Source of the DNA: Nemertoderma westbladi
Taxonomy: Eukaryota > Animalia > Xenacoelomorpha
Assembly: GCA_032718475.1 (NCBI GenBank)
Contig: JAUCBJ010005723.1
Location: 1 to 57,842 of the forward strand
Length of the DNA stretch: 57,842 nucleotides
Direction: 5' to 3'
How positions within the stretch are numbered: position 1 is the stretch's first letter; each line of letters opens with the position of its first letter. The notes below the pieces were generated by a model that had not been told where the DNA came from, made no database searches, and saw only the letters and a list, made by a program, of their open reading frames with translations. Positions 1-12,838 of the stretch are shown here, piece by piece. Made by a program: the position numbers and the translations under genes.

Positions 1-56
1 AATAAAGACATATAAATTTCGGCAGGTTAAACTGCTGAAGGTCTATAAAAGCGCGT

Positions 57-198
57 ACACTGGCCTTAAAGATGCGGATGATCTAGCAAATGTCATGGGT
101 GATAGGGAGTTGTGGCGGTGCAATTTTGTTGACAAGCCGGCACAGCATTCTTAAAAATGCAGCTGTAATGCAGCATGCCGATCCTAGTAGTAGTAGTA
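57..198 (+). mobile_element. 3' end of an RTE-clade LINE (short 5'-truncated copy)
   Basis: Near-identical to 52717-52863, including the 3'UTR stem-loop and (TAG)n tail. Confidence 0.85.
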
Positions 199-1501
199 CA
201 GTAGATGGATACTTGTCTAAGCATTAAATGTCCTCCCATTTCTTTGATTTTAATCCGTTTAAGCGGAAACTTGGCAGAATTGTACTAAACCATTACCTGT
301 TTCATTTAAACTGTTTCTGAGGTCTTAAATCGACTGCAGTTTTCCAGACTGCCTCTAGGTGTAAAGTGATCAAGGGACATCTGCTTAGATTTTGCTTATA
401 TTTCTTTCGAGTTGACACTTACATAAGTTTATGTGACGTGCTGCGCGAAGGAGCCACTTCAGGTATAATATGGTTAAGGTTAACATACAACAAATTATAT
501 GGATATCAGCGCAAGCAACCCTCAGCGCCTAGCCTTTTAGCTGCAAGCCGGCTCCCAAATTACAGACAAATAGACAATGGGTCAACAACAAACAACCCGT
601 GGTAACCAATGAGAGAACCTGGAGCTTTCCGGTATTTTTAGTAAATACAGAGGTAGGTTAATGTCATGTAGTATAGTATTATATAATTGGACCAAAATGG
701 GATGGTGGGGAGTCCGGTTAGTGTGTAAAAGTGTGTATCCTATTAAGTAAATAAATGTGTATCCAATAATATTGATCACTGGGGTCAACGCTATTATTAT
801 TAATTAATTGTGAACAAGAAGACGAAAACGAGTTAATTAATTGTGAACAAGACGAGTGAACAAGACATGTCTGAGGGGGCAGTGGAACTTGTCTGGGGGG
901 GCAGTGGAACATGTCTGGGGAGGCAGTGCCCCAAAGCCCCCCCCCCCCCCGCACGATACGGGCCTGAGTAGTACTACCAGTACCATGGAATGCTAAGAAA
1001 TGTAAGAAATTGTCCATTGAGTAGAGAATACATTTATAGAATGCCTTTGTCAGACCAATTGTAATAATTTACAACTGTGGCACATGGGGACCCACTAATA
1101 AATGCGGGACAAACTTGATGCTTTTCATAGGCGCTATATGAGATGGTTACTTTGCATATGATAAGATGGACTGATAAAATATCCAATGAGGACTTATATT
1201 TAAAAACAAATACTACCGGTAGCCGAATCTCAATATAATGAAACATATAGTCATCTCACTCTAATGGGCCACATTATACGGTTATTCACACAGTTACACC
1301 CCAGGCCACCAACCGCTTAATTCAATACTATCGCGGATCTAAAATGACGTAGCTGTATGGGACGCCTGTGTTGCCTATACACAGTGATTAAGGAGGATGT
1401 GTCGGATAAAATGAATATCTCTAAAAAAACCGCCAGGATCTAAACTGATTTAAGAACTTTAGCCAATAAGAACGTGTGGAATAGACTATGCAGGACACAT
1501 A

Positions 1502-1778
1502 TAAAGTAAAGTAAAAGTAAATTTTCTTCGGCCACTAGGCCAGGGATTACGCACAAAGTCTGACGACTTATTTCCAGTGCGGTCCCCCCAGAACTTTACT
1601 CCCCAGAGGAAACTCTAGTACTCATTTAGCTACCACTTAAGGATGCAAGGCAGAGATGCGCCCTGGCTGGTCCCTTTGAAGCATTCGCGCCGAAACGAAA
1701 ACTGCCCTGGCCCATGTGAGGATTGAACCCACGACCTACAGGAGATGTGAATTCAATGCAACCACTACACCAAGGTGG
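1502..1778 (-). mobile_element. tRNA-derived SINE
   Basis: Minus strand: A-box TGGTGTAGTGG, B-box GGTTCAATCC, non-tRNA body, (TTTAC)n tail. Confidence 0.75.
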
Positions 1779-2994
1779 AACCTACATACACCTATTAGTG
1801 GCGCGAAAACGTTTATGCTACTAGACTAGCAGTATTTAAACCACAGCTATAAATCTAAGAAGTCAAATTATAAACAGTTTTAATTTTACTCTAGACAATC
1901 TCTATAGTAACACCAAAGAAACAATTAAATTGCCGAAATTACGTTCTCACGCCACCTAGGATGTACATTTGGTATATTATCAATACTATTTGTTTTATCT
2001 ATACACCGCACCGCCACAATAAAATAATGGTTGTAATGAAGCCATACAAAATCAACATAAGAAACTTAAAAGCGGCAATCATTGAGATGTACAGTAAAAC
2101 ATATGTGATACTGGAGACAGAAAAAATGATTAATACAAAAGCGCCGCCTCTGGCACTGTCCATCTGTTTGTCGATTTTCCGCACTTCCCCGCCTGTATTT
2201 CAGCTCACTTAATAAGCTTCACTAAGTAACAATAAATGCCAATGCCGCACGTAATTACGTGAGAAAACCTGGCTGGAAACGAGGCTTGTTTTATATGTTA
2301 CAGGCCCTACCGGCGTCGTACGTGCGGGAAGTATAGGACTGTAAGTACAACTACCCTAAGGCCCTTAAATAATCACCTTCTCGTTTGTAAAACGATCTCC
2401 TCAGCCGCCTGAAGATAAGCCAACGGAAGTTTCAGTTGCAAATGAGCAAATTGTATACTGTCGTGGATAATTACCAGACGTAATAGCAACAAAGCAGTGC
2501 GGTTTATTTACACTAAATTAATACGTTGTCATCGTTCCAAATACGAACAGCATTGCCCAACAAATTCACTTCAACTTCTTAAAACTCTTTATAACACTAT
2601 TTTTTTTGGACATAAAATTAACACTTTTAAGGCAGTTCCCCCGCACTAACAAGTTTTCCTTGCATATTGTAACTGGTGCTTTGGGTAAATGAGTGGTTTC
2701 ATATATTATAACTTTTATAAATTATAAATGTTTTTTATAAATTATAACTTTTCTCTATGGGTGTTACTGTCATGCGTAAATTAGTAGTTAGAGTGTAATA
2801 ATTAATCATTATGGCCGTGATGGTTCATGGTTAGTTAATATACACTACCCTTCATTGTAGCGAGTGGTTAAAGACGGTCAAGTACTGTAGGGTTGAGCAC
2901 AGTGGCAGCAGATTATGGTATTGACAGGTGGGAGGCCATGAGGAGGTAAATTGCGGACATACTAGGCTAGTATTTCCAGGTCTACCTTTTACCT

Positions 2995-3300
2995 GAGCCG
3001 CTAGCTGAATGGTTAGAGCATCAGACTTCCAACCCGGAGGTTACCAGTTCGATCCCACCTGGACGTCATGGCACACTTTGCAGATTGTGGCGTACATTGA
3101 CCTCAAGAATATTGTCATCTTCAGCGCAAATTGACCGCGTGTTTGAGTTCATATTGCGGAATTGAGTGTTTCCTTGATGTTTCGTTTCAACACTTGGCTA
3201 CATTATAATGTAGCCAAGTGTTGATTGCTAACGCTGTTTCTACTATGGAAGGAGTTAAAAATAATGTGAGGCGAGCCACGAAGTAAGGTGAGCCTTAGCG
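2995..3300 (+). mobile_element. tRNA-derived SINE (tRNA-like head about 2995-3068)
   Basis: A-box TAGCTGAATGG, B-box GTTCGATCC; anticodon stem pairs poorly; the 3' motif TGTG.GGCGAGCC recurs near 12085 and 21823. Confidence 0.65.
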
Positions 3301-3918
3301 TAGGGGTACCATTACTCAACCTGCCGTTCTGTTGATCTGTCGATATTTTTCTGTCACTTTAATTCACCTGAGATGTGATTTGAGCCCAGCTTCCCCCCAC
3401 CCTGTCTCCAGTTAGGGAATATTGGGGGAGTACTGAAATCTTTAACGTACAGAATAGCGGCCCAAACCCAAATTATAAGAGTTATGTTACTGCAACCCTA
3501 AGATGAGCAGAGCATTGTATTGTTTTTTTGTACTTGTATATTAGATTGTTAATAAATATTTATTTAATTAATCTATTGTTCCCCCTTTTGTTGGAGTGCT
3601 GATTATAAGGGGTTTTGAAGGGGTGGAATTGTCCCCTCTTCTTTGATTTATTGGTGGATTGGCATCATTTCTTAAATACCGTTTTTGTGGTAAAATCGCT
3701 CATAATAAATTTGTGTTTCATAATAATAATGATCAACTAATTTTGGTAGGAGGATTTAAACCGAATGATCTCTGAAGCATCCCTATCCCACATCAATGGA
3801 GGTTTCCAGTTAAGTAGGATAAAGCAATTAAAGGATAGTTTAGTTTACTAAACTCTAAAAATTGATTAAAAATCTCAGAAAATAGTAAATCGTTTTGGAG
3901 TACGCTTTGCAGATACTA

Positions 3919-5574
3919 CTACTACTACTACTAGGTCGAGCGAACTCGGACAGTGGAAATGAGATCGTTCCAGGCTTCCCGATTCTCCATAGTTGTCGCA
4001 ATTTCGTTTCTCCCAACTTCAGTATCCCTTTCAAGTTGATCTATATATGTTATGGCCGGTCGTCCACGACTACGCTTTCCATGAGTTGGTTGCAAGAAAA
4101 GTAGATCTGGTATGACCTCGTCTTTACTTCGCCAGCAGTGCCCACTGAATCTTAATCTGCGTTCACGGAGGGTGGTTGATACAGGTGGTATTGTACCATA
4201 AAGCTCGGCGTTTGTCATGTGTTGTCTCCAGCTGATGTTTAGGGCTGCCCTTAGTAGTCTTGTGTAGCAACCATCAATTCGATTGATTTAGTCAGTGTCC
4301 AGGTCTCACCCCCGTATAAAAATACACTTTCCACTGTGGCTCGAAAGAACTTAGTCTTCAGGCATGGCATTCATGGCATCCATTTTTGATAGAGCTACCC
4401 AAGCCTTTGCTTTCCTAACTTCTATGTCCTTTTTGCTACTCTCTATCCATGATCCAAGGTACTGGAAGTCATCGACCTTCCTTAGTTGATTATTATCAAT
4501 GGTTGTCAAGTTCCCATCAACATTAAAGGTCATGAATTCGGTCTTTGTAGCATTTATATGCAATCCAACCTCCTTAGCAGCCCTCTCCACTTTATTTAGT
4601 AGAAGCTGTGCATCTGCTAGCGTATTAGAGAGCAGGGCGATGTCATCCGCAAAGTCGGTGTCTGTGACTGTAGTTGGCGGATATCTACTACTTCTGCGTT
4701 CTTGAAGTGTGAAACCCAGATCTTCACCCTTTGTGGCCGTCCTCATTGCGTAATCCAGCACAATTACAAATAGTCATGGTGCTAATGTGTCACCTTGCAG
4801 TACGCCAGCCAGGATTGAGAAAAACTCAGTTTCACCATCTGGTGAGAGTACCTGCGCTTCTGTGTCACAATATAACAATCCAATGCCAGCAACAATTACT
4901 TCTGGTATTCCATAAGCTCTTAGGATTTCAAGCATTTTACCTCTATGGATGGAGTCGAATGCCTTCTTGAAGTCCACAAAAGTCATGACTGCGGGGAGAT
5001 TCTTTGACTTAATTCCTTCAATCAGTCTCCGTAGTGCAAGTATCTGAGCTATTGTTGATCTACTTGGTCGAAATCCGTTTTGGCTCTTACGCAGTAGTTT
5101 CTCTATGTGAGGCCTAATCCTATATAAATTCATTTTATTGTATATTTTGGCAGCTACCACAAGCAGACAGATCCCACGATAGTTTGTTGGTATGCCGAGG
5201 TCTCCTTTCTTGGGGAGAGGCTTTAGTTGACCTTTAGTCCAAATTGGTGGTGGCTTTTCCCCTTTTAACATCCGGTTGCAAACATTCAATAATGGTCTGT
5301 TTAGCACCGGTTTTCCATACCTCCGCTGGGATTTCATCTAATCCACTCGCTTTATTATTGGACATGCTTTTAATGCTTCTTTGGAGTTCGGCAGGTGTGA
5401 AGTCCCCTGTTTCTATAGGTAGTGTCTTGTCATATATTTTCCTTGTAGGGCTGACCTCGATGTTTGGTGGCTGCCCAAGCAAGTTGCTGAAGTGATTTTT
5501 CCACTTCCCAACACGTTCTTCAGGACTATCGGCTTTGAGGCGCCCCTTTGCACAACTTTTCCGACCAGATACCA
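3919..5574 (-). mobile_element. 5'-truncated RTE-clade non-LTR retrotransposon, frameshifted reverse transcriptase
   Basis: RT motifs PKKGDL, NYRGI, QNGFR, FVDFKKAFDS, GVLQGD, FADD, YLGS spread over broken ORFs; (TAG)n tail; 21-bp TSD GAGTACGCTTTGCAGATACTA at 3898-3918 and 5575-5595. Confidence 0.95.
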
Positions 5575-6013
5575 GAGTACGCTTTGCAGATACTAAAGTA
5601 AAAACTTTTGCGTGTGTGTAATGTACACAGATTTTGCTCAAATTAATAGGTACATTTTTTTCTGATTCGATGCTCTTTCAATACATGTATTAAAATGTAA
5701 TAAATTCCAACAAAAATATTTTATTTTGCTTTTTTCCGCGGGGAAATAAGTAAATCAATGTAATCCTATGGGTTAGGTTTTTCCTTAGGGAAAAAAAGTA
5801 GTCCCTTTTCTCCCAAATTTGGGGGCATATCCGAGCGAAAAAGTAACAATTTAAGAATTAAAATTATTTAGGCCTACTGTATATACCGGGTATAATTTTA
5901 AATTTATAAAACAGGTATAATTAATTTATTTTCTTGTTCCAACTGTTCTACAACGATAATATTTAATTTTGAAATTATTTTAAAAGGCGTAATCAATCTC
6001 TTAAAATTGCTGT

Positions 6014-6587
6014 TAATAATTATTTACATCATTGTGTGCAAAGTAGCACTTTGCAGCATTATGACCCGAGTTTATTTATGGAGCGAGCGCAGCGAGGGAG
6101 GTTTACATCAATAAACAAGGGTCTTTAACGCTGAAAAGTGACCTTTGCAGCTATGATGTATGTAATATTGTTACATTATGTCAACTTATCAGCGTTCGGT
6201 ATGTGAAGAAATGATTTTATGGATCCTCATTTATACATTTTAATTATGTACTATTTCGAATATAAGTGAAAATTATTAACAGGTACACAGTATTAATTAT
6301 ACATTTAAATCTAATTAAAGTTTATTGGAAGTTATCTCCTGTATGGATGTGATAAATCATTAATCCATCTTGACTATTAATAGTCGACTGAACAAAAGCA
6401 GCACTCATTAAATAAATGGAAATAATTCATTCTGGAATACGGTAATTAAAGTTGTTTCCATGTCATTGATTACTTTGCAGCGTTCCGTCCTATAGGCCGC
6501 GACGCTGCAAAGTAGTACTTTGCAGCGTTACGAGTAATTCACCAGAACGCTGTTAAGTTGACATAATGTAACAAAATAATATATAAA
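6014..6587. mobile_element. Unclassified non-autonomous repeat with a 5' hairpin and asymmetric inverted repeats
   Basis: Hairpin about 6026-6159; TTGTTACATTATGTCAACTTA (~6168) inverted at ~6554-6574; partial copies near 12385-12450, 47380-47485 and 56660-57010. Confidence 0.6.
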
Positions 6588-6699
6588 GTAACACACAGAA
6601 AGTGATGAACGGAACATGAATATTATACAAAATTAATCAATAACAGCGCCATCTTACGGCAAATGTATGAAATATTTATAAGGTTTTCCAATTCAATGA

Positions 6700-7330
6700 A
6701 ATAACAACTGAAGTTCTATCTATCTAATCGGCATCCCGCATTGCTGCATTGAAAATGCACCATCACACGATCATTATTATCGTCTAAGAACATTCGTAGA
6801 ACATAATCCGCCACAATGATGAATAAAAATGGTGCAAAGTGTGTCACCCTGGAGGATTCCCCATAAAACTTCAAATTCATCTGCGACACAATCAGCGGTA
6901 GAAGCAAATGTGGTGGAACCTTCATTCAGTGATCGGATAGCTGCAATAAATTCATCAGTAATCAATCCCATATAATGGACGTAGGCCTACATTGAAAATA
7001 AGTCCTCAAGGAAGTCAACAAAGAGTAAAGATAACCGGATATATGTCTTTCTTTATTGACAACTTTTTAATAATTGTCCTTAAGCACCAGAATGGGCTCC
7101 ATGATCGCACGAACTTTACGAGAACTCCGGCTCCCACATTACAGTCTCCTCAATAGAATTTCTTTGTATAGCTTAGCAGCATTCGAGATCAAGGAGATTC
7201 CGCGAAAAGATACCAGGGTTGGTTGTTAGGTTGTCTTGTTTGGGAACTGATAACAACTTATTTGTTTTCATTTCTTGTGGTACTCTTGTTGGTTAAATGG
7301 TCTGACATCCATGTCGAATTCACATTAAAA
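6700..7330 (-). pseudogene. Old, degenerate RTE-like RT fragment
   Basis: Remnant peptides GILQGDT and APFLFIIVADYVLR in different frames. Confidence 0.75.
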
Positions 7331-7574
7331 TTTAAACGGAGCAATGGAAGTGAGGAAAAAAAAGAATAAAAACTAAATAAAATTTATAAAAATGAAACAA
7401 TAAAAAAGGTCTAAAGGTGCGTTCACATAACGTATGTGAGTGTGTATGTGGGGGGGGGGGGGGGGGTGCGTAGGGGTGGGGTGGGGGTGTGGGGTGGGGG
7501 TGTATGTGTATGTAAGGGTAGAAACGATTCTTGTTTTATTCGCGTTCACTTGCGTTCTAGAATATATTATATTA

Positions 7575-8469
7575 TACACCATAACCCTTAATACAACAAC
7601 CATTTTTAGGGGGTCGGAGCCCCCCCCCCCCCCCCTAATGTTTTTTCAAATTTCAATCATATGCTACGAAATTCGGTATGATGATAGATCGACACCTTTT
7701 CTTACTGGTGGCCTGGCCGGATTTTTAAATTTCTCAGTTATTTCCATACAACAATCCCTTAAAAAATTTCTATTTAGCAATGTTTAACCACCTCCGTAGA
7801 CTTTATTTTACGTCTTTGAAATGTAATCTAGATATCATTCGAAGCGCCTTCGTCTGTAGATTCCGAATCTGAAAACCGTTTTAAATTTAACCAAAAATTG
7901 GTAAAGATATTATCAAAATACTAATGTGTAAATTCAGAGACGTTAATCGCTATAATTCTGATGTTTTGTTGTCTTTATTCGAGAATATTAATTATAAATT
8001 TATTTATTTATTTATTGGTTAAAAACACTCCATCATTTTTTTTCATTACCCATAATTAATATTCTAGAATTGAGTAAAAAAAACATTAGAATTATAGCGA
8101 TTTACGTCACAAAAATTTACACCTTAGTATTTTGATAATATCTCCGGAAGTTATCGGTGAAATTTAAAACGGGATTCAGATTCAGAATCTGCAGATGAAG
8201 GCGGTTCTAATGATATCTAGAGTACATTCCAAAGACAAAAAATAAAGCAGACGGAGGTGGCTAAATATTGCGAAATAGACGATTTTAACGGCTTGTTGTA
8301 TCGAAATGACTCATAAATTGAAAAATCCGGCCAGGCCAGCAGTAAGAAAAGGTGTCGATCTATCATCATACCAAATTTCGTACCTTTTTATTGCAATTTG
8401 AAAAAAATTAGGGGGGGGGGGGGGCTACGACCCCCTAAAAATGGTTGTTGTATTAAGGGTTATGGTGTA
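7575..8469. mobile_element. Long-TIR (foldback) MITE with TA flanks
   Basis: Ends TACACCATAACCCTTAATACAACAACC.../...GGTTGTTGTATTAAGGGTTATGGTGTA; arms of about 400 bp are imperfectly inverted; TA on both sides. Confidence 0.9.
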
Positions 8470-10518
8470 TATTAAGCAAATTTCAATTAGTTATATATAT
8501 ATCATTATATATATATCCAGGCACAAACCCACATGTGTATACCGTTTAAACACTATGGACCCCCCCCCCCCCCCCCCCCACCTGGTGGATGTTCCCCATA
8601 ATAAGCTATATGGACTGGTATCTGGCGGCTGTACCTTTTTATGTAATAATATGCCGTATAGCAGAATGTAGAGCGTTACAGTCAGTTACAGTTACAGACA
8701 TTTATAGCGTTACAGACAAAGGTCATTGACATTAAAAACATAAACAGGGGCCAAACCCGACAAGAACCCACTAACAACGCAGAATTGCAAATATACTATG
8801 GATTCTTTATTGCCCTTTGAATAGTGAACATGCCGGTTGGTTGGCTTTGTGATAGGAAGTAAAAGCAATCAAAGCAGCCATTGGTTAAGCTAGCTCCATT
8901 GGCCAGTATTGTGAGTGATGCTGGTAGGGGCATTGCCGTTGGGTTAGCCACCAACCAAGCCAGCCTATATCCCTTTATGCATTGGGTGGGCGAGGAAGGC
9001 TCACCAGCTACGACAATCCTATTGCACAGGCCAGTAAAGCTTCCAGCCACACCAATATAGCTTAGCTTGGCAAGGCTGAATGTCCCATTCAGTCAGATAG
9101 CAAATCCTATAAGCCTTTGTAAGGAAGAAGAACGGTCGGTCGGATTTCTTTCAAAGTGTTACCATTGCCTATTATTTTACCTGTCATCAGAAAGGGGGAT
9201 AATTATAACGATATTACCATTAAAATCCTTAGGATTTATGCATTTGCCCCGTATTCAATAATGCATATTCTTGTTTGCATAAGTTTCATTTATCAAGAGG
9301 CCTACGCCTTCCTCCAATTTATTGTTGACACGTTTTGAATAAGGCCAGACCAGTGAAAACAAGTAGCGAAGAAAGCAGGTTTACAATAAATTCATAATTA
9401 CTGTAGGTTTTTTAATGTAAGTAAATTACTGTAGGCTTTATCTCTGACTCGACTGACTTATTATCCAACACTGCTGACTGCATATCTGCCAATATTACAA
9501 GAAACTTAGTGGGAACTTTTCAATCGGTGGAGCTGACGTGAGAGTCATACGGTGGTTGTATGTAAGTTGACAAATACTAATTTATTGCCTAGTAAAGTAA
9601 GAATTTCTACAGTAGAATTTCATGGTAATTTCATTTTGTCGATCTTAAACTTAAAATACCGGTACATATTTAACGGAGCATGGTGTTCGTGAGTGGAGTT
9701 TATTTAAGCAATCAGCTACATACCCGCACGCACCCGCAATGCAATTTAATTTACAGGCATATATGACTAGTAGATTACAAATCTGATCAATTCCCTACGT
9801 ATTCATTATTGTAGTTGTCTCTATTATTGTTTAGTATCCATTGCCCAGTCTGCCAGTACCGTATGGCATTGTTCTTGTTGCTTGGCTTGTAGACTATCTC
9901 TCAATGTTTGTTTATTTTGTTATTCAGTGTCCAGTATTCAGTATTGTTCTGTTTGTTTATGTCACTGACTGACCGACTATTGAGTTTCCACTACCAAGTT
10001 TTGTCCATTGTCCCATCATTGTTCATTTACCAACTGTTCATATTGGGGTGACTACCAAACAAAGACCCAAATAACAAAGACCTGTACAAACACATGGGCT
10101 AACTTTTGTTTATTGTTTTGGTTCCCCCAACACGCCTCTGTAACCTGTTCCGCTCCTTTAACACGTTCGCTGCTATGGTGCCCACCAGTGGGTACCATGG
10201 AAAATCAGCTCAGTGCTGAGACATGATTGGTTAATAACTTTTATTCTGTTGAAGCTATTGAGCCCACATTTTCACACATGGTACGATAGATCATAACTAT
10301 TTCGGAAAAGGTGGTACCCACCGGTGGGACCCACAGCAAATTTGTTCGGTTTGGATGATTATTTGCTGTGGGTACCAGTTTGGTACCCACCAGGAAAATT
10401 CCACTCAGTGTAATAGACATAGGCGAAATGTATTGTATTCTATTATATTCTATTGTGAATTAAATACTTTGATGCAGTTACATCCTACCACAGTCTGACA
10501 GTAGCCCAAGTAAGATCT

Positions 10519-10869
10519 GAGATGTGGAACAGCGATAAGTTTTTAATTTCATAATATTATAAGTCAAATGCAAACGTTTCGGAAGTAAACAACTACCATC
10601 TTCAGTGCAATCAAAAATAAGCCAAATAAAGTAAACAGAAATTTGAAAAAAACGGCCAAAAAAAACAAATATAGAATGCAGTTGTGCTTTTGAGCAGAAA
10701 TAGGGCCTACCTAAGACGGGAGAGCAGTATAGTAAATAGGTTTAAACAATATAACGGCAAATATCCTATCTAAATGGGTCTATACTTATAATATTATGAA
10801 ATTAAAAAACTTTATAGCTGTTCCTCATCTCTATTCTTTGTTTTCGATTCCCCAACTCTCAGCCCATTA
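10519..10869 (-). mobile_element. Penelope-like retroelement remnant (inverted pseudo-LTR arrangement)
   Basis: 13-bp direct repeat CCAAGTAAGATCT at 10506-10518 and 10870-10882; inverted arms 10519-10564 / 10784-10831 followed by a ~38-nt tail; hammerhead motif inside. Confidence 0.65.
10569..10609 (-). ncRNA. Minimal type I hammerhead ribozyme motif
   Basis: Minus strand: TGCA-CTGAAGA-T-GGTAGT-tgttt-ACTTCC-GAAA-CG-TT-TGCA; core CUGAnGA and GAAA, 4-bp stem I, stem II with one mismatch, palindromic mini stem III. Confidence 0.6.
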
Positions 10870-12838
10870 CCAAGTAAGATCTATGAGAATGTTTTTTTTC
10901 ATTCCATAGTCTTTCCATTGATCTATCCTATTTTATATCAGTCAGTAGTGTAGAAATTGTTTTAGATCTTAGACTGTTATGCTATAGCCTATCACTGTGT
11001 GTCTCAGCTGTGCCTAACATACATCAGTCATAATAATTGCCACATTATTATTATAGTTCCATAAAATGGCAGGTCGAATACTACGCTCCCCAATATCTAG
11101 GAGCTTGAATGCTGAGGATTGTTTCCACGGCTTTTTTTCAGATGATGATGATAGTATGGACGACCCTATATATGAATTGTCATCAGATAGTGATAGGATG
11201 ACAGTTTACTGTCATTTGCCATGGTACCCACCACATTTCAAAACACACACAAATACAAACACAATACGAACACAATTATGGTGGTTGCTTTGTACCAGTG
11301 TAGATTACATTTGCTGTGGTACCCACATTTGGTACCCACCCAAATCATTCCTAGTTAGCTTAGGTACAATTATATGTAGGTTTGGAGTCATGAAATGCAA
11401 AGGAGTGCTGTTAAAATGTGTGATTTGTGTTTTTTGAGCTGATTTTGGTACCCACCGGTGTGTACCAGCACATATTTGCAGCTTGCTGCAGTACCCACTG
11501 GTGGGCACCAGCAGCGAACGTGTTAATAACCTTCCCCTTTAAATGGCATTGGGACCTAACGCTCTTTGGGTACTAACGCTTTTTGGGACCTAACGCGACT
11601 TTACCTCTTTGTTTTGTACAGGTCACCAAGAGCGTTAGGTGCCATTGCCATTTAAAGGAGCAGGTTAGTAAAGGAGCAGCTTACAGAGGCGTGTTGGGGG
11701 AACCAAAACAATAAACGAAAGTTAACACATCTTACTATCACATTATGCAGGTCTTTATTAATTATTTGGGTCTTCGTTTTGTAGTCACCCGTTTATATTG
11801 TGAAAATCCTCTGTCCATGTCCACGTCCGTTATATCAATCCGCACACGAAGGTGTAGATCATTAAACACCGGTCAGGCGGTCACTTAAACGCTGAATATT
11901 ATTATTAGAATATTATTTATGTCAAATTATCGTCATTAATAACGCTGAATTATTCACTTTTATATTATATTGTTCAGAACAACTGTACGGTACACAATCT
12001 AATCTTACATATAGTATGCAATGGTTACTATCATCCATATGGTTGAGCAATGGATAATACTCGAGACGTGTTGTAGAAGTCTACTGTGGGGCGAGCCACG
12101 CAGTCAGGGCGAGCATTAGCGCACAATTATAATTAGTAAATAGGGCAAAATTTCATGTCTGTAATGAAAAATTCATTCGTAAATGACTTTTGACGATTTT
12201 AACCATTTTCAACCAAATTTTGTATGGGCATACTAGAGAAAAAGTTCCAATATTTTTGAAAGATACGAGCAAATACCTCTCCAATTGTTGACTCCAGATC
12301 AAATCAATCTTGTTTCGAATGTGCTCAAGTTCGCCCACGAACGTGCTCAAGTTCGCCCACGAACGTGTTTCTAAGTCATTGATTAACGGTACTTTGCAGC
12401 GTTCTGAACTATAGGACACAACGCTGTAAAGTAGAACTTTGCAGCGTTTATTGCATTGTTTTTGTTTTATATGTGTCTATATTGCTGGTAATGTTCAATG
12501 TCTGCTTTTATGTTTGTTTAGTATCCGTATCCTATCCACTGCCAAATATTATCCCTCCTCCATATACAGTATAAAGAATTGTTCAGTACCATCTTCTAAT
12601 GTCCAGTATTGTTAATGTTACAATATTACCTCTCTCCTTCAAGTGTTGTTCTCTCTGTCTACCTTCCCACTATTTTTTTATTGTTTATTCAGTAGGCAGG
12701 GGAACGCCTATTGTGCAAGTCTCAGTCTGTCTTGTCTATAATTTTGCAGTTTCACACACTACTACCAAATACCAAACATCCCGGTATCAAAACAAGAAAA
12801 AGCTTTTTGTTTTCATGTAATACGCAATTCCCCCGACT

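Larger units (their letters stand above)
10162..11522 (+). mobile_element. Non-autonomous piggyBac element
   Basis: TTAA on both sides; TIR CACGTTCGCTGCT; subterminal GGTACCCAC repeats; acidic peptide FSDDDDSMDDPIYELSSDSD from 11066 resembles a transposase N-terminus remnant. Confidence 0.88.
10046..11790. mobile_element. MULE-like MITE (outer element, interrupted by a piggyBac)
   Basis: TIRs GGGTGACTAC.AAAC.AAGACCCAAATAA / TTATTTGGGTCTTCGTTTTGTAGTCACCC; 10-bp TSD GTTCATATTG/GTTTATATTG (1 mismatch). Confidence 0.8.

Noticed and set aside
2995-3068. Functional tRNA genes here, at ~1705-1778 and at ~27352-27424
   Set aside because: A and B boxes are present but the acceptor and anticodon stems do not pair, and each continues into a SINE-like body.
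8700-9340. GC-richer stretch with short ORFs, possibly a decayed LINE
   Set aside because: No convincing protein motif or termini could be read.
11066-11437. 123-aa ORF as a host gene
   Set aside because: Lies within the piggyBac element; only the acidic start looks transposase-like, and the rest runs through terminal repeats.
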